Position numbers and translations under genes: made by a program
Shown: positions 50,223 through 59,651 of the stretch, piece by piece
How positions within the stretch are numbered: the stretch's first letter is position 1
Layout: the number at the start of each line of letters is the position of its first letter
Source of the DNA: a virus
IMG/VR virus record: IMGVR_UViG_3300035670_000125
Length of the DNA stretch: 64,000 nt
Reading direction: 5' to 3' (one strand)
The notes under the pieces: generated by a model
Database searches by the model: none
The model's input: the letters and a program-made list of their open reading frames with translations, nothing else
Told to the model about the DNA's origin: nothing

Positions 50223-51968
50223 ATGACATCATTTAAAACTAGATTAGCTAGAAAAATGGGCGTTAATGAGCATCTAGGTGAATGGAATGCACAAACAAAC
50301 ACACCCCAACTGACTTCTGGGGTGGGGCAAGTTAACGGATATTATATTGTTTCTGTTAGCGGTTCAACTGAATTAGACGGTGAATCAGATTGGAAAGTCG
50401 ATGACTGGGTTTATTTCACAGGAACTGTATGGAAAAAAATAGATAATACCGACGATTTGAGTGGCTCTAGTGGTAATGGAGATGGTGCCACCCCCGTTAC
50501 ATATGTTTCTTCAATTAATAATTTTACCCCAGGCGGTGCTGTTAATAATACATATTTTGAGCTTGAATTAGCTGCTCCTTTACCTCTTGATGGTAGACTA
50601 TATTGTATTAGTGAAGAGATATTTACTTCACAACTCACGCAAAATTTATTAGACTCCCTTCCTTCGGGTTACGTTTCCAATCAAAATAATACCGTATTCT
50701 TTTCGGGAATGGTGTCAGGAGCCGGTAATGCGGGAGTCAAATTTTACATTGTTTATGCTCCAGGGTTAGACATTGGCGGAGGCGTAAAGATACCTTTTGT
50801 CGATGTGCTTTTCCCAATAGCAGAAATTACCTCGTCTAGTAGTGGATTGCCCGATGGGTCACTGTTTCACCAAAACAATTATTTAGAAGTAGAAATAAAT
50901 ACTGCTTCCGTGATGGATGAACTGCGTTATCTTCATTCAAAACAATTAATTTCTACTGTTCAAAATGAACTTTTAGGTGAAGTTTCAACTTTAAACACTG
51001 AGATTAATTCAATTCAGTCCCAATTAAACGATAAATTGAGTGTAACTGGTGGTACTTTGAGTGGGCCTGTAACCACAAATTCTCATATTAATTTAAATTA
51101 CTCCAACCCAAGTAATGGACTAGCTGCCGTTAGTAAGAGTATAGTTGAAACTATGCTTACTCCTTACCTAAAAACATGGTTTCAAAGCCATGTTGATGCT
51201 AATTATAAAAATATATATAATTTACAAGGTTTGGAAACATATGAAATTAATTTTAAACCTAATTCATACATAAAACTCAACGGTGATCATACTATCTATG
51301 ATGATGTAAACGATAGAACTTTAATTAAATTAATAAACACTTATGTTTTTGGACAAACCGATCTTAATTCTTGGTCTGAAGTAGTAAAAATTTCACCAGT
51401 AAGCGGTAATACCGATCATTTAGTAAAATTTGATGCGTCATTAAGGATAAAAGAACAATCAAATGGTAGCAGTCTCATTGCCTTTTATAATACTGCTGGA
51501 ACGCAGCATGGTCAGATTGAAATTTCCGGTTCAACCGTATTTTATAGTAACTTCTGTGGCTCACACACTTCCCAATTACAAGAGGAATTCAATGAAATTA
51601 AAGTTGGGACGGTTATGGAATCCTTGGATGATATGTGTGGGTGGGTTGGTGAACCAATAGAGGATAGATTACCTAAGGCAAAGGTATGTGTAACCGAAGA
51701 ATCTAGCTCTGTTTACGGGGTTTATAGTGGTAAAAAAGAAGATAGTGACATATTAGTGGCATCTGTTGGTGTTTTTTATTGCCGAATAGCCCCGAATATC
51801 TCAGTGAAAAAGGGAGATTTACTCGTCTCTAATGGCGATGGTTGCGCTAGAGTACAATCTGATGATATAATTCGCTCTAAAACCATTGGAAAAGTACTTT
51901 CAACAACAATTGCACACACATACGAAGACGGTAGCTATACAGTTCCCGTTGCTTTATATTGTGGATAA
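50223..51968 (+). CDS. tail fibre/receptor-binding paralogue 2
   Basis: Same N-terminal module, with a divergent 500-aa C-terminal region. Confidence 0.65.
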   Translation: MTSFKTRLARKMGVNEHLGEWNAQTNTPQLTSGVGQVNGYYIVSVSGSTELDGESDWKVDDWVYFTGTVWKKIDNTDDLSGSSGNGDGATPVTYVSSINNFTPGGAVNNTYFELELAAPLPLDGRLYCISEEIFTSQLTQNLLDSLPSGYVSNQNNTVFFSGMVSGAGNAGVKFYIVYAPGLDIGGGVKIPFVDVLFPIAEITSSSSGLPDGSLFHQNNYLEVEINTASVMDELRYLHSKQLISTVQNELLGEVSTLNTEINSIQSQLNDKLSVTGGTLSGPVTTNSHINLNYSNPSNGLAAVSKSIVETMLTPYLKTWFQSHVDANYKNIYNLQGLETYEINFKPNSYIKLNGDHTIYDDVNDRTLIKLINTYVFGQTDLNSWSEVVKISPVSGNTDHLVKFDASLRIKEQSNGSSLIAFYNTAGTQHGQIEISGSTVFYSNFCGSHTSQLQEEFNEIKVGTVMESLDDMCGWVGEPIEDRLPKAKVCVTEESSSVYGVYSGKKEDSDILVASVGVFYCRIAPNISVKKGDLLVSNGDGCARVQSDDIIRSKTIGKVLSTTIAHTYEDGSYTVPVALYCG

Positions 51969-52000
51969 ATAAAAAAAATAATATAAATTATATATTAATT

Positions 52001-52033
52001 AGGGTAATAGCGTAATGTTATTACCCTTTTTTT
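52001..52033 (+). terminator. intrinsic terminator
   Basis: AGGGTAATA-loop-TATTACCCT followed by TTTTTTT. Confidence 0.75.
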
Positions 52034-52038
52034 ATATT

Positions 52039-52050
52039 TTAACAACTAAA
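52039..52050 (+). promoter_or_regulatory. late-gene motif copy TTAACAACTAAA
   Basis: Sits directly after the terminator and 4 nt before ATG 52054. Confidence 0.45.
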
Positions 52051-52053
52051 GGT

Positions 52054-52227
52054 ATGGCTGTTATAGTAGCTAAATCAAAAAATGATAAATCCAAGCCTAA
52101 AAAAGAGTTTATTGACTTAAGTTTAGAACATAAGCATTTTAAAGAAACACAAAAAATATATAAAATTCTGTTTTTTTGCTCTCTAATTGTTAATATTGGT
52201 TTACTTTTGTACGTCGGTTCGATCTAA
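52054..52227 (+). CDS. small protein with C-terminal TM
   Basis: Start trimmed to ATG 52054 (MAVIVAKSKND) because the ORF-track start lies in the terminator stem. C-terminal ILFFCSLIVNIGLLLYVGSI. Confidence 0.4.
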   Translation: MAVIVAKSKNDKSKPKKEFIDLSLEHKHFKETQKIYKILFFCSLIVNIGLLLYVGSI

Positions 52228-52251
52228 AATTTTTTTTAAACAGGAATTTCA

Positions 52252-53367
52252 ATGTCATTCTTACAAAGACGAATTAAAAAGTTAGGCGGTCTGGATTTTA
52301 AAGGTTTTTGGGATGCTTCTCAAAACTCCCCTGAAATTTTAAGTGGCGTCGGAAAAAGAAACGATTATTATATTGTTTCTGTTGGTGGTAATACCTCAGT
52401 TGATGGTGAAAATAACTGGGTGGAAGGCGACTGGATCATGTTCAACGACACGACCTGGCAAAAAATCGACACCACGGACGACGTTTTAACTGTTGCGGGA
52501 AGAACGGGTAATGTTGAATTAACCTACCAAGATATTGATGGATTTGATCATGGCAATTTGTCTGGATTAGATGACGACGATCATCTTCAGTATCTAAATA
52601 GAGATGGTTCCCGCCCAATGGCAGGTAATTTAGATTTAAATAATAATGATATTTCTAATATAAATAAAACATCCAACAAAATATTAGTGACAAACCCTCA
52701 ATATACAACCGTGACTACTGGGGGTACACTGACTTTAGACGATTCATCTAGCACTATTCAATTTTTAACAGGTGTGGCAGCTGGTTTTAATGTTGTTCTA
52801 CCAGATGCAACAACAATTTCCCCTGGAACCAATTATGAAATTTACAACAGAACTAGTTCGCCTGTTGTTTTAAAGTATTCAGACGGGTCTACTTTGGGTG
52901 TTATTTCAGTAGAATCTGTGGCGTCGTTGATACTACAGAACAACTCGACATCTAAAGGTGTTTTTTCGCCCTTCACAATAGAAATAGCCCAAGCTGCTGG
53001 TATTTTAAATTATTCAGCGTCATCGTTAACACCGTTCTCAACATCTTCAAGTGTTTATGTACCGGTAACGGATTTTGTTGTTGTACCTGCTGCTGGTAAA
53101 TATGCAATATGGTTTAATTGTTCCGCATCCTCTGTTACCAACAACTCTTTGACATATTTAGCTTTGTATAGAGGGAATACGATTATAGCAGAAAGCGAAA
53201 GAGTAACGCAGTCTGTCGCATCAAATTTCACATTTCAAATGAATACGTTGGCTGTAGCTGATTTTGATGGAACGCAGGAATTGCGTGTGTATGTGCGAGT
53301 TACAACTGGAACACTAACAGTGACAGCTAGAACTGGAGTAGCTACTCGCTTGGGTCCAATCGGTTAG
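52252..53367 (+). CDS. tail fibre/receptor-binding paralogue 3
   Basis: Same N-terminal module (FKGFWDASQNSP...DYYIVS...DGENNW.EGDWIMFNDTTWQKIDT) with a divergent beta-rich C-terminus. Confidence 0.65.
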   Translation: MSFLQRRIKKLGGLDFKGFWDASQNSPEILSGVGKRNDYYIVSVGGNTSVDGENNWVEGDWIMFNDTTWQKIDTTDDVLTVAGRTGNVELTYQDIDGFDHGNLSGLDDDDHLQYLNRDGSRPMAGNLDLNNNDISNINKTSNKILVTNPQYTTVTTGGTLTLDDSSSTIQFLTGVAAGFNVVLPDATTISPGTNYEIYNRTSSPVVLKYSDGSTLGVISVESVASLILQNNSTSKGVFSPFTIEIAQAAGILNYSASSLTPFSTSSSVYVPVTDFVVVPAAGKYAIWFNCSASSVTNNSLTYLALYRGNTIIAESERVTQSVASNFTFQMNTLAVADFDGTQELRVYVRVTTGTLTVTARTGVATRLGPIG

Positions 53368-53380
53368 GTGGAAGATAATT

Positions 53381-53644
53381 ATGGCTAAACCTGCAAAAGG
53401 TAAAAGATTTGTTAAGTTAGTTAAAACTGTTGGTGGTAGAACACGTAAAGTGTCTTATGGTCAGGCAGGTAAGGCTGCTGATGGGGGCGATAGAATTCGT
53501 CCTGGGACATCTAAAGGTGACGCCTATTGCTCGAGAAGTTACGGACAAATGAAAATGCACCCTTCCGCAGCAAAGGATAAAAACTCACCACTAAGACTTT
53601 CCAGAAGGCGCTGGAAATGCATCGGAAAAAAATCAAGTGGGTAA
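53381..53644 (+). CDS. small basic protein
   Basis: 87-aa Lys/Arg-rich ORF. Confidence 0.5.
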   Translation: MAKPAKGKRFVKLVKTVGGRTRKVSYGQAGKAADGGDRIRPGTSKGDAYCSRSYGQMKMHPSAAKDKNSPLRLSRRRWKCIGKKSSG

Positions 53645-53645
53645 C

Positions 53646-53957
53646 ATGGAAAAATTGGCTAAAATTTCAGCCCTATCTTCGCTAGTATCTCCGGGTAATA
53701 TTGATTTAACTAAAAGACCAAAAGTGAAAAATCCTGATGGTTCTTATAGTACAGTCAGAACTATAACTATTACAGATGATGAAGGTAAAGGAATTAATAT
53801 CCCGACAGTAATTGGTAATCAAGTTGTTAGTCCACAAGAAGCAATTAATCATTTTAAAAAAACAAAACAACATTTAGGTGTATATAGAACTGAAAAAGAA
53901 GCCTTAGACGCCGCAGAAAAATTACATAAAGAACAAGAACAAATGTACGGGCAGTAA
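53646..53957 (+). CDS. hypothetical protein
   Basis: ATG at 53646 (MEKLAKI), 2 nt after the preceding stop. The ORF track begins at an in-frame GTG at 53637. Confidence 0.5.
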   Translation: MEKLAKISALSSLVSPGNIDLTKRPKVKNPDGSYSTVRTITITDDEGKGINIPTVIGNQVVSPQEAINHFKKTKQHLGVYRTEKEALDAAEKLHKEQEQMYGQ

Positions 53958-54003
53958 ATCTAAAAGATCATAATACACGAACAAATCCGGGAGATATTGA
54001 TAA

Positions 54004-54651
54004 ATGGATGAGATAACTAAAATTTCTAATGAAGTGGCACCTGGTGTAACCCCGGAAGAGGTAAAAAACGCTTTAAAAAAAGCACAATTCAATGAATTGT
54101 ATGAAAAATATAAAAATTCCCTAATGGAATTAGTTGGCACACCCTCTGACCCAGAAGATGTTCAGTACATAGAAGAATTAGCCAAAAAAAATGCACTAAA
54201 TCAAATTAAAACCACAGAAAATATAACATCAAATCCCAAATTCACCGCACCAAAAACACCACCTACGCTCTCATCAGACGCACCTTCAACTACGTACATA
54301 GCCGACGATCCAGTCAGAGATATTAATATTGGTGAATATAGAAAGGCAAGAGCGATTGAACGTGGGTTAAAGGGTTTAGGGGCGGCGACTAGTGCTGGAA
54401 TGGCAGTGAAAGATATTCAAGAAAAAAATGCAGGGAATACTTTAATTGATTTAATAGAGGGTGGAGCTTCACTTGGTGGTAAGTTTATTTCTAGAGCGGC
54501 ACCCTTTCTAGAACTCCTACGTTCTACAGACACCGCGACGGAAGAGCAAGAAATGGCTGAGTTGGAAAAACATCGAGGAAGATTCAAGGGAATTAAAAAT
54601 ATGATGACAAACGGTGCGCAATCCAGCGAAAGAAGTCCAGCAAAAGAATAA
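54004..54651 (+). CDS. hypothetical virion-module protein
   Basis: 215-aa ORF. Confidence 0.5.
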   Translation: MDEITKISNEVAPGVTPEEVKNALKKAQFNELYEKYKNSLMELVGTPSDPEDVQYIEELAKKNALNQIKTTENITSNPKFTAPKTPPTLSSDAPSTTYIADDPVRDINIGEYRKARAIERGLKGLGAATSAGMAVKDIQEKNAGNTLIDLIEGGASLGGKFISRAAPFLELLRSTDTATEEQEMAELEKHRGRFKGIKNMMTNGAQSSERSPAKE

Positions 54652-54655
54652 TTAT

Positions 54656-54841
54656 ATGTCGAAATTTAAACGTCTTAAAAAAACACTAGGTCGTACGTCA
54701 GACGGAGCCAAACCCACGGATCCCGCGTTGTATTCCCGTGTAAAATCCGAGGCCAAACAGAAGTTCGATAGATTTCCCTCCGCCTATGCATCTGCATGGA
54801 TTGTTAAGACGTATAAAGCTCGTGGTGGTGGTTATAAATGA
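54656..54841 (+). CDS. small conserved basic protein (PSAYASAW...YK..GG.Y type)
   Basis: Start trimmed to ATG 54656 (MSKFKRL). The pattern KPTDPALYSRVK...FPSAYASAWIVKTYKARGGGYK recurs in many phages as far as I recall. Confidence 0.5.
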   Translation: MSKFKRLKKTLGRTSDGAKPTDPALYSRVKSEAKQKFDRFPSAYASAWIVKTYKARGGGYK

Positions 54842-55080
54842 GCCTAAAAAGATGGTTTGCTGAAAAATGGACCAACCAAAAGGGTGATGAATGTGGTTCT
54901 GGCACCACTAAGGGTACACCCAAGTGTAGGCCATCTAAGCGTGTGACATCTGAAACGCCCAAAACTTGGTCAGAATTATCCCCATCTGAACGTAAAAAAG
55001 CTATTTCCGACAAAAAGAAGGTTGGACATAAGACAAGTAAGGTGCGTTTTTCTAAGATTAAAAAGAATTTAAAGGATTAG
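54838..55080 (+). CDS. small conserved basic protein
   Basis: ATGA overlap. WFAEKW...C......CRPSKR...W..LS..E pattern. Confidence 0.5.
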   Translation: MSLKRWFAEKWTNQKGDECGSGTTKGTPKCRPSKRVTSETPKTWSELSPSERKKAISDKKKVGHKTSKVRFSKIKKNLKD

Positions 55081-55083
55081 GTT

Positions 55084-55548
55084 GTGGATAAAAGTAAATT
55101 TTTAGATATAATTCGTCTAATAGAATCTTCTGGTGGTAAAAACTTAAACCACGACACTATTAATTACGGTATACATAAAGGGGATGCTGCAATTGGTGAA
55201 TATGGTATAATGCCAAAAACAGCCAAGGAATTTGTTAATAGGCGAAAAATGCAAAATCAATATGGTCCAGATGAAGCATTGATGTCTAAAATGTCGTCAA
55301 ACGAACTTTCAGAATTTTTAAAAAATCAAGATAGAGTGGAACAAAATTTAGCTGAAGATATTGCCGATAGAGTTATAGCTCGATCCAACGGGGACATGGA
55401 AAAGGCAGCTTATATGTGGAATCAAGGTCATAATAAACTAGCTTCCTCTATAGACGATAAAAATTTAGATTCTTCTGATTATGTGAAAAAATTTAGAAAT
55501 ATTAGAGATTATTTGGATAAAAAAAGGGTTATTGCTAGTGAGGAATAG
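55084..55548 (+). CDS. lytic transglycosylase (SLT-like) domain protein
   Basis: IRLIESSGG (catalytic Glu-Ser context) and AAIGEYGIMPKTAKEF resemble SLT motifs. GTG start with AAGGA upstream. Confidence 0.55.
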   Translation: MDKSKFLDIIRLIESSGGKNLNHDTINYGIHKGDAAIGEYGIMPKTAKEFVNRRKMQNQYGPDEALMSKMSSNELSEFLKNQDRVEQNLAEDIADRVIARSNGDMEKAAYMWNQGHNKLASSIDDKNLDSSDYVKKFRNIRDYLDKKRVIASEE

Positions 55549-55687
55549 TAATTGATATATGTCATCTTCTAATACATTCCAATCATTAAAACCTATTTAT
55601 AAAGAATCTTACTCTGATTCTAAAAAGAAAAGATTTTCTAAACTCAAAAAGGCAGTTAAGAAAGAAAAATGATCTTTTTCTATAATG

Positions 55688-55707
55688 TTAACAACTATAA
55701 TAGAAAC
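55688..55707 (+). promoter_or_regulatory. late-gene motif copy TTAACAACTATAATAGAAAC
   Basis: Lies about 45 nt upstream of the scaffold gene. Confidence 0.55.
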
Positions 55708-55750
55708 CTACTCACAATGAGCGGTTCACTTAATTCTACCCGAAAGGGCG

Positions 55751-56701
55751 ATGAAAGGCAAATCTATTATGGATAACACAGAATCAGTACAATCCGTTTC
55801 CCCTGAAACCTCAACAGAATCAGTTGAGTCGTCTCTAGAATCATCAGATTCACAAGAACAATCCCAACAACTATCTCAGGAACAAGCCACCGCAGCTGCC
55901 AAAAAAGAAGCTGCTCGCTTGCGTTCTTTAAAGCTCAAAGTCGATGGACGTGAGATTGAAGAAGAACTCCCATTTGAAATTCCTGATGATCCCGAAGCTG
56001 TTGAATACATGACAAGACAACTACAAATGTCTCGCATGGGTTCTAAGCGCGCTCAAGAATACGCGCAACTAGAAAAAGAAATTCGTCAATTGATTACCGA
56101 GGGAACTAAAAATCCTCGCAAACTACTTAAAGAACTCAACATCGATGAACGAGAACTAGCTCGACAGATCATCGAACAAGAAATCGAAAACGCTCAAAAA
56201 TCACCTGAACAAATTCAACGTGAACAACTTGAGGAAGAATTGCGTTTAATGAAGGAAGAGCGTGAACGTGAAAAAACCGAACTTGAGCGCAGAGAATTCG
56301 AGCGTTTACAAGAACAAGCTTACGAGCGTTATGACAACCAAATGACTGCTGCTCTTGAGAAGTCTGAACTTCCTAAAGAACCTTATGTAGTTAAAAAGAT
56401 TGCAGATTATATGCTTGCTGCTCTTCAAGAAGGGTATGATGTATCTCCTGAAGATGTCATTCCTCTCGTTAAAGAAGAGCTTAAAAAGGATTTACAGTCT
56501 CTAGTTGGCGCGATGCCAGACGAGGCTCTTGAACAGTTTTTAGGAAAAGAGCGTTTAAACTCTTTCCGTAAAAAGAATTTAGCTAAAGCAAAAGAGGCAG
56601 CTAGTGTCTCTGCTGCAAAGGCTATAAAAGATACGGGCGTTAAACAACAAGAAAAACCTGTTGGAAAAAAAGTTTCTTTCAAGGACTTTTTTGGGGTTTA
56701 A
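55751..56701 (+). CDS. scaffolding protein (putative)
   Basis: 316-aa, highly acidic/charged coiled-coil protein (EEELRLMKEEREREKTELERREFERLQEQ) just upstream of the capsid gene. Confidence 0.6.
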   Translation: MKGKSIMDNTESVQSVSPETSTESVESSLESSDSQEQSQQLSQEQATAAAKKEAARLRSLKLKVDGREIEEELPFEIPDDPEAVEYMTRQLQMSRMGSKRAQEYAQLEKEIRQLITEGTKNPRKLLKELNIDERELARQIIEQEIENAQKSPEQIQREQLEEELRLMKEEREREKTELERREFERLQEQAYERYDNQMTAALEKSELPKEPYVVKKIADYMLAALQEGYDVSPEDVIPLVKEELKKDLQSLVGAMPDEALEQFLGKERLNSFRKKNLAKAKEAASVSAAKAIKDTGVKQQEKPVGKKVSFKDFFGV

Positions 56702-56821
56702 TGACGTTTTATTGGGTGATTCAAATTTGACTTCTCATAACCGGAAATACCGAGTGGGAATATCCTAAGAGAATCGCAGGGTAGTAATATTAACTAATTA
56801 AATTTATATATAGGAATATAT

Positions 56822-57172
56822 ATGTCATATCAAGCAAAAGATGACAAAGTACTTGCAGTTGCACTCAAAGTGCAAGAGCTTTGTTTAAAATTATCCGATA
56901 GTTCAGTAATGACGCAAGTTGTGGCTGGGGATGCTATTACCGTAACAATCGACATCGGTGAAGAACTCGAGGAAGTTAGATTGGTAAGTCTTGTTCAAAA
57001 AGCACCGGACTTATACGGCATACGGCATGACTTTTTGACCAACGTTCCAGGTTGGGTCACTGTCAGTGGCTCCACAATCACATTGAACTTGGGCGCTGCG
57101 CCTGGGTACAATCTCGCTAGTCCATTAGGCGAAGACGATTGTGTCATTGTTAAATATATCGTTAAGGAATAA
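56822..57172 (+). CDS. hypothetical head-module protein
   Basis: 116-aa ORF between the scaffold and capsid genes. Confidence 0.5.
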   Translation: MSYQAKDDKVLAVALKVQELCLKLSDSSVMTQVVAGDAITVTIDIGEELEEVRLVSLVQKAPDLYGIRHDFLTNVPGWVTVSGSTITLNLGAAPGYNLASPLGEDDCVIVKYIVKE

Positions 57173-57194
57173 CTTTTAGAAAGGTAAATAATAT

Positions 57195-57350
57195 ATGTCA
57201 ACTGCAAATACTGTTGTTAGTTTGAACGGAATGTTCAAAGAAACTTATGGAGACAAGCTCCAAGAACTTATTCCAGATGGAGTTAAGGTTCTAAATAAAA
57301 TCAAATTTCAGAGTAAGGATAAGACACCTGGTAACCTTTACCATCAGCCT
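57195..57350 (+). CDS. major capsid protein, exon 1 (52 codons)
   Basis: ATG at 57195 with AAAGG upstream. Encodes MSTANTVVSLNGMFKETYGDKLQELIPDGVKVLNKIKFQSKDKTPGNLYHQP, then an in-frame TAA. The reading frame resumes at 58501. Confidence 0.7.
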
Positions 57351-58500
57351 TAATATAAGGGGCTGTTTAAACCGAATCTGATTGACTCGGAAACCCTAAA
57401 AATATTAGTCTAATTTTAGGACAACGAGGCGGAACCAATGAAAAAAGTAGCAGACGACATTAAAATTGAAATCTTAATTAGTGATTATCTAGAATTAGAT
57501 AGTTCTTATAAGGTTGCACATAAACATGGCGTGAGTGCTACTGCTGTGAAGCGGCTTTTAAAAAAAGCAGGAGTGCTTAGGACTCAAAACGTAGCAGCTG
57601 AAATTAGATACAGAAAAAATCAATTCAATAAATACGAGAGAACCCCTCTTCAAAAAGAAAATCTTTCTAATTTAGCAAAACAAAGAACTGGTGAAAATAA
57701 TCCCTTTTTTGGGAAGAAACATTCTCAAGAAGTTAAAAACAAATTATCAGATAATGCTAAAAAAAGAACAAAGGATAGAAACCCCAACTACAAAAACGGT
57801 AAATATGTTAGAAGACCTAGAGATTATAAAATTTCGGAATTTAAACCTCTCCGTAGTTTTGTGTTTAATAGGGACAAGTTTACTTGTTTTTATTGTAAGA
57901 AAAAGGGTGGACATTTGCATGCCCATCATATTCTACCCTACTGGATTAAGCCAGAAGCTTTTCTTGATGAAAAGAATTTGATTACTGTATGTACTACTTG
58001 CCATTTTGAAAAGGCGCATAATTCAAATTGGCACACTTTTGATATTAGTTTAATAACAGAGGAATTAGTAGTGAAATACTCATTGGACCGTGAACGACTA
58101 AGTGATTTGGCTGTTTTGAAAAAAACAGATGCAATAGTCTGAACTGTGGGAATAAATAAAGCCACAGAGAAGAATCCGAAGAGGTTCTTCCCCTGTAGCC
58201 AATACAGGCGTAACATTATGATTATTTTAGGACTAGAACACGGTAAACAGTAATGCCGTGTATAAATTGGTGAAAAAACTTGGAAAGCTACAGAGAATTA
58301 ATTCTCCATGCTAATCAGAGCGGAAGTTCTAAGGGTAATACCTCTGAACACGCGCAACGACTAGGATTTGAACCCGCTTTAGCGGAATAAAATAATCCCA
58401 CGAGTCACCAACAATCTCAATTACAGGGATTGAAAAGATAGTCTGACCTTATAGGAAACTATAAGAAGTAGGGGATAAAGAGCCCTTACGATAACACTAG
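57351..58500 (+). mobile_element. putative group I intron carrying an HNH homing endonuclease ORF
   Basis: The 5' exon ends in U (57350). Intron GGGCUG (57360-65) can pair with exon CAGCCU, giving a U.G pair at the splice site (P1). The intron ends in G (58500). The 3' 360 nt is dense in hairpins. Joining 57350 to 58501 is in frame. Confidence 0.7.
57438..58142 (+). CDS. intron-encoded HNH homing endonuclease with NUMOD3-like motif
   Basis: GENNPFFGKKHSQEVKNKLS (NUMOD3-like) and CFYCKKKGGHLHAHHILP...N...CTTCHFEKAH (HNH). Confidence 0.85.
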   Translation: MKKVADDIKIEILISDYLELDSSYKVAHKHGVSATAVKRLLKKAGVLRTQNVAAEIRYRKNQFNKYERTPLQKENLSNLAKQRTGENNPFFGKKHSQEVKNKLSDNAKKRTKDRNPNYKNGKYVRRPRDYKISEFKPLRSFVFNRDKFTCFYCKKKGGHLHAHHILPYWIKPEAFLDEKNLITVCTTCHFEKAHNSNWHTFDISLITEELVVKYSLDRERLSDLAVLKKTDAIV

Positions 58501-59559
58501 GTTACATTCGCAAGTTCTGATGATGACGCGTTTAATCTCCAGACTCCAGTTTCTGGTCAGATCAAGGACGCACAGGTTAAAGGTTATCCAGCAGTTCTAC
58601 GTTCCGTTCTCGGATACGTAGCTGCATCTCGTGCTGCTCTTGGTGGACAAAAGGCTTTCATGGATGCAACCAAGTATCTCGTTGCAAACATGCTTCGTTC
58701 TATGTCCAAAAAGCTTGAGATTGAAATGCTTTATGGTCAAATGGGTTATGCTAAAGTGGATGGTGCTTTAACCGCTGCCACTGTTATACCAATTAAGGCA
58801 CAAGAATGGGCTCCTGGAATTTGGGCAGGTGCCGAAGGGATGCCTATTGAAATTCGTCTTGGATCTACGCTAAAGGCTTCGGTTAAAGTCACTAAAGTCG
58901 ATATGGCAGCAAGAACTATCACAGTCGATGGTCCTGTGACATGTGATGATGGAGATGATATTTATCATCGTGGTGCTTATGGAAATGAATTCCCTGGAGT
59001 TCATAAAATCCTCACCAATACTGGCACTCTTTTCAATATCGATGCTAGTGCTTATAACCTTTTCAAGGGTAACGAATATGATGCTGATGGAGCCCCCCTT
59101 TCTTTCACTAAGTTAGGACAGGCTTCCACTCGTGCGGTTGAAAAGGGTCAAGAAGGAAAACTTCTTGCTCTTGTTAACCCACGTGCATGGCAGGATATGC
59201 TTTCGGATCAAGCTGCTCTTCGTGACTACGACGGTAGCTACACCTCCGCAAAGATGGAGAACGGCGCTCGCTCACTCCTCTATCATTCCCAAGGTGGAGA
59301 AATCGAGATCGAATCATCTCTTTATGTTAAAGAAGGTCATGCTTTCCTCCTAAGCCTCGAGGATTGGATGCGTGTTGGTTCTTCCGACATTTCATTCAAG
59401 CGTCCTGGTCAAGGGGAAGAGTTCTTCCGTGATCTTGAGAATAGTGCTGGTTACGAGCTTCGCCTCTATACCGACCAAGCTCTCTTCTGTCAGGCTCCTG
59501 GACGTAATACCGTCATCGTCAATATTGTAAATTCCGATGATGTTGTAGCAAGTCCATAA
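58501..59559 (+). CDS. major capsid protein, exon 2
   Basis: The frame is open from 58501, just after a TAG at 58498-500: VTFASSDDDAFNLQTPVSGQIKDAQVKGYPAVLRS...FMDATKY. The ORF-track ATG at 58660 is internal. Call is based on position after the scaffold gene and on size (404 aa once joined). Confidence 0.7.
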   Translation, partial: VTFASSDDDAFNLQTPVSGQIKDAQVKGYPAVLRSVLGYVAASRAALGGQKAFMDATKYLVANMLRSMSKKLEIEMLYGQMGYAKVDGALTAATVIPIKAQEWAPGIWAGAEGMPIEIRLGSTLKASVKVTKVDMAARTITVDGPVTCDDGDDIYHRGAYGNEFPGVHKILTNTGTLFNIDASAYNLFKGNEYDADGAPLSFTKLGQASTRAVEKGQEGKLLALVNPRAWQDMLSDQAALRDYDGSYTSAKMENGARSLLYHSQGGEIEIESSLYVKEGHAFLLSLEDWMRVGSSDISFKRPGQGEEFFRDLENSAGYELRLYTDQALFCQAPGRNTVIVNIVNSDDVVASP

Positions 59560-59574
59560 TAACGGTCCTTTAGG

Positions 59575-59612
59575 GGAGGGGTGGGGTGTGTTCCCCATCC
59601 CTCCTTTTTATT
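59575..59612 (+). terminator. intrinsic terminator
   Basis: 12-bp stem GGAGGGGTGGGG/CCCCATCCCTCC (one G.U pair) followed by TTTTTATTT. Confidence 0.8.
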
Positions 59613-59651
59613 TAATATAATCAATGTAATATTAATATATTTTAACCATAT

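Noticed and set aside
46183-53367. Diversity-generating retroelement acting on the fibre or receptor-binding genes.
   Set aside because: No reverse transcriptase ORF and no template/variable repeat pair with A-specific differences were seen in the window.
57691-58216. ORFs 57691-57981 (+), 57747-57929 (-) and 57938-58216 (-).
   Set aside because: They lie in alternative frames, or antisense, within the HNH gene and intron core. The HNH frame has clear motifs.
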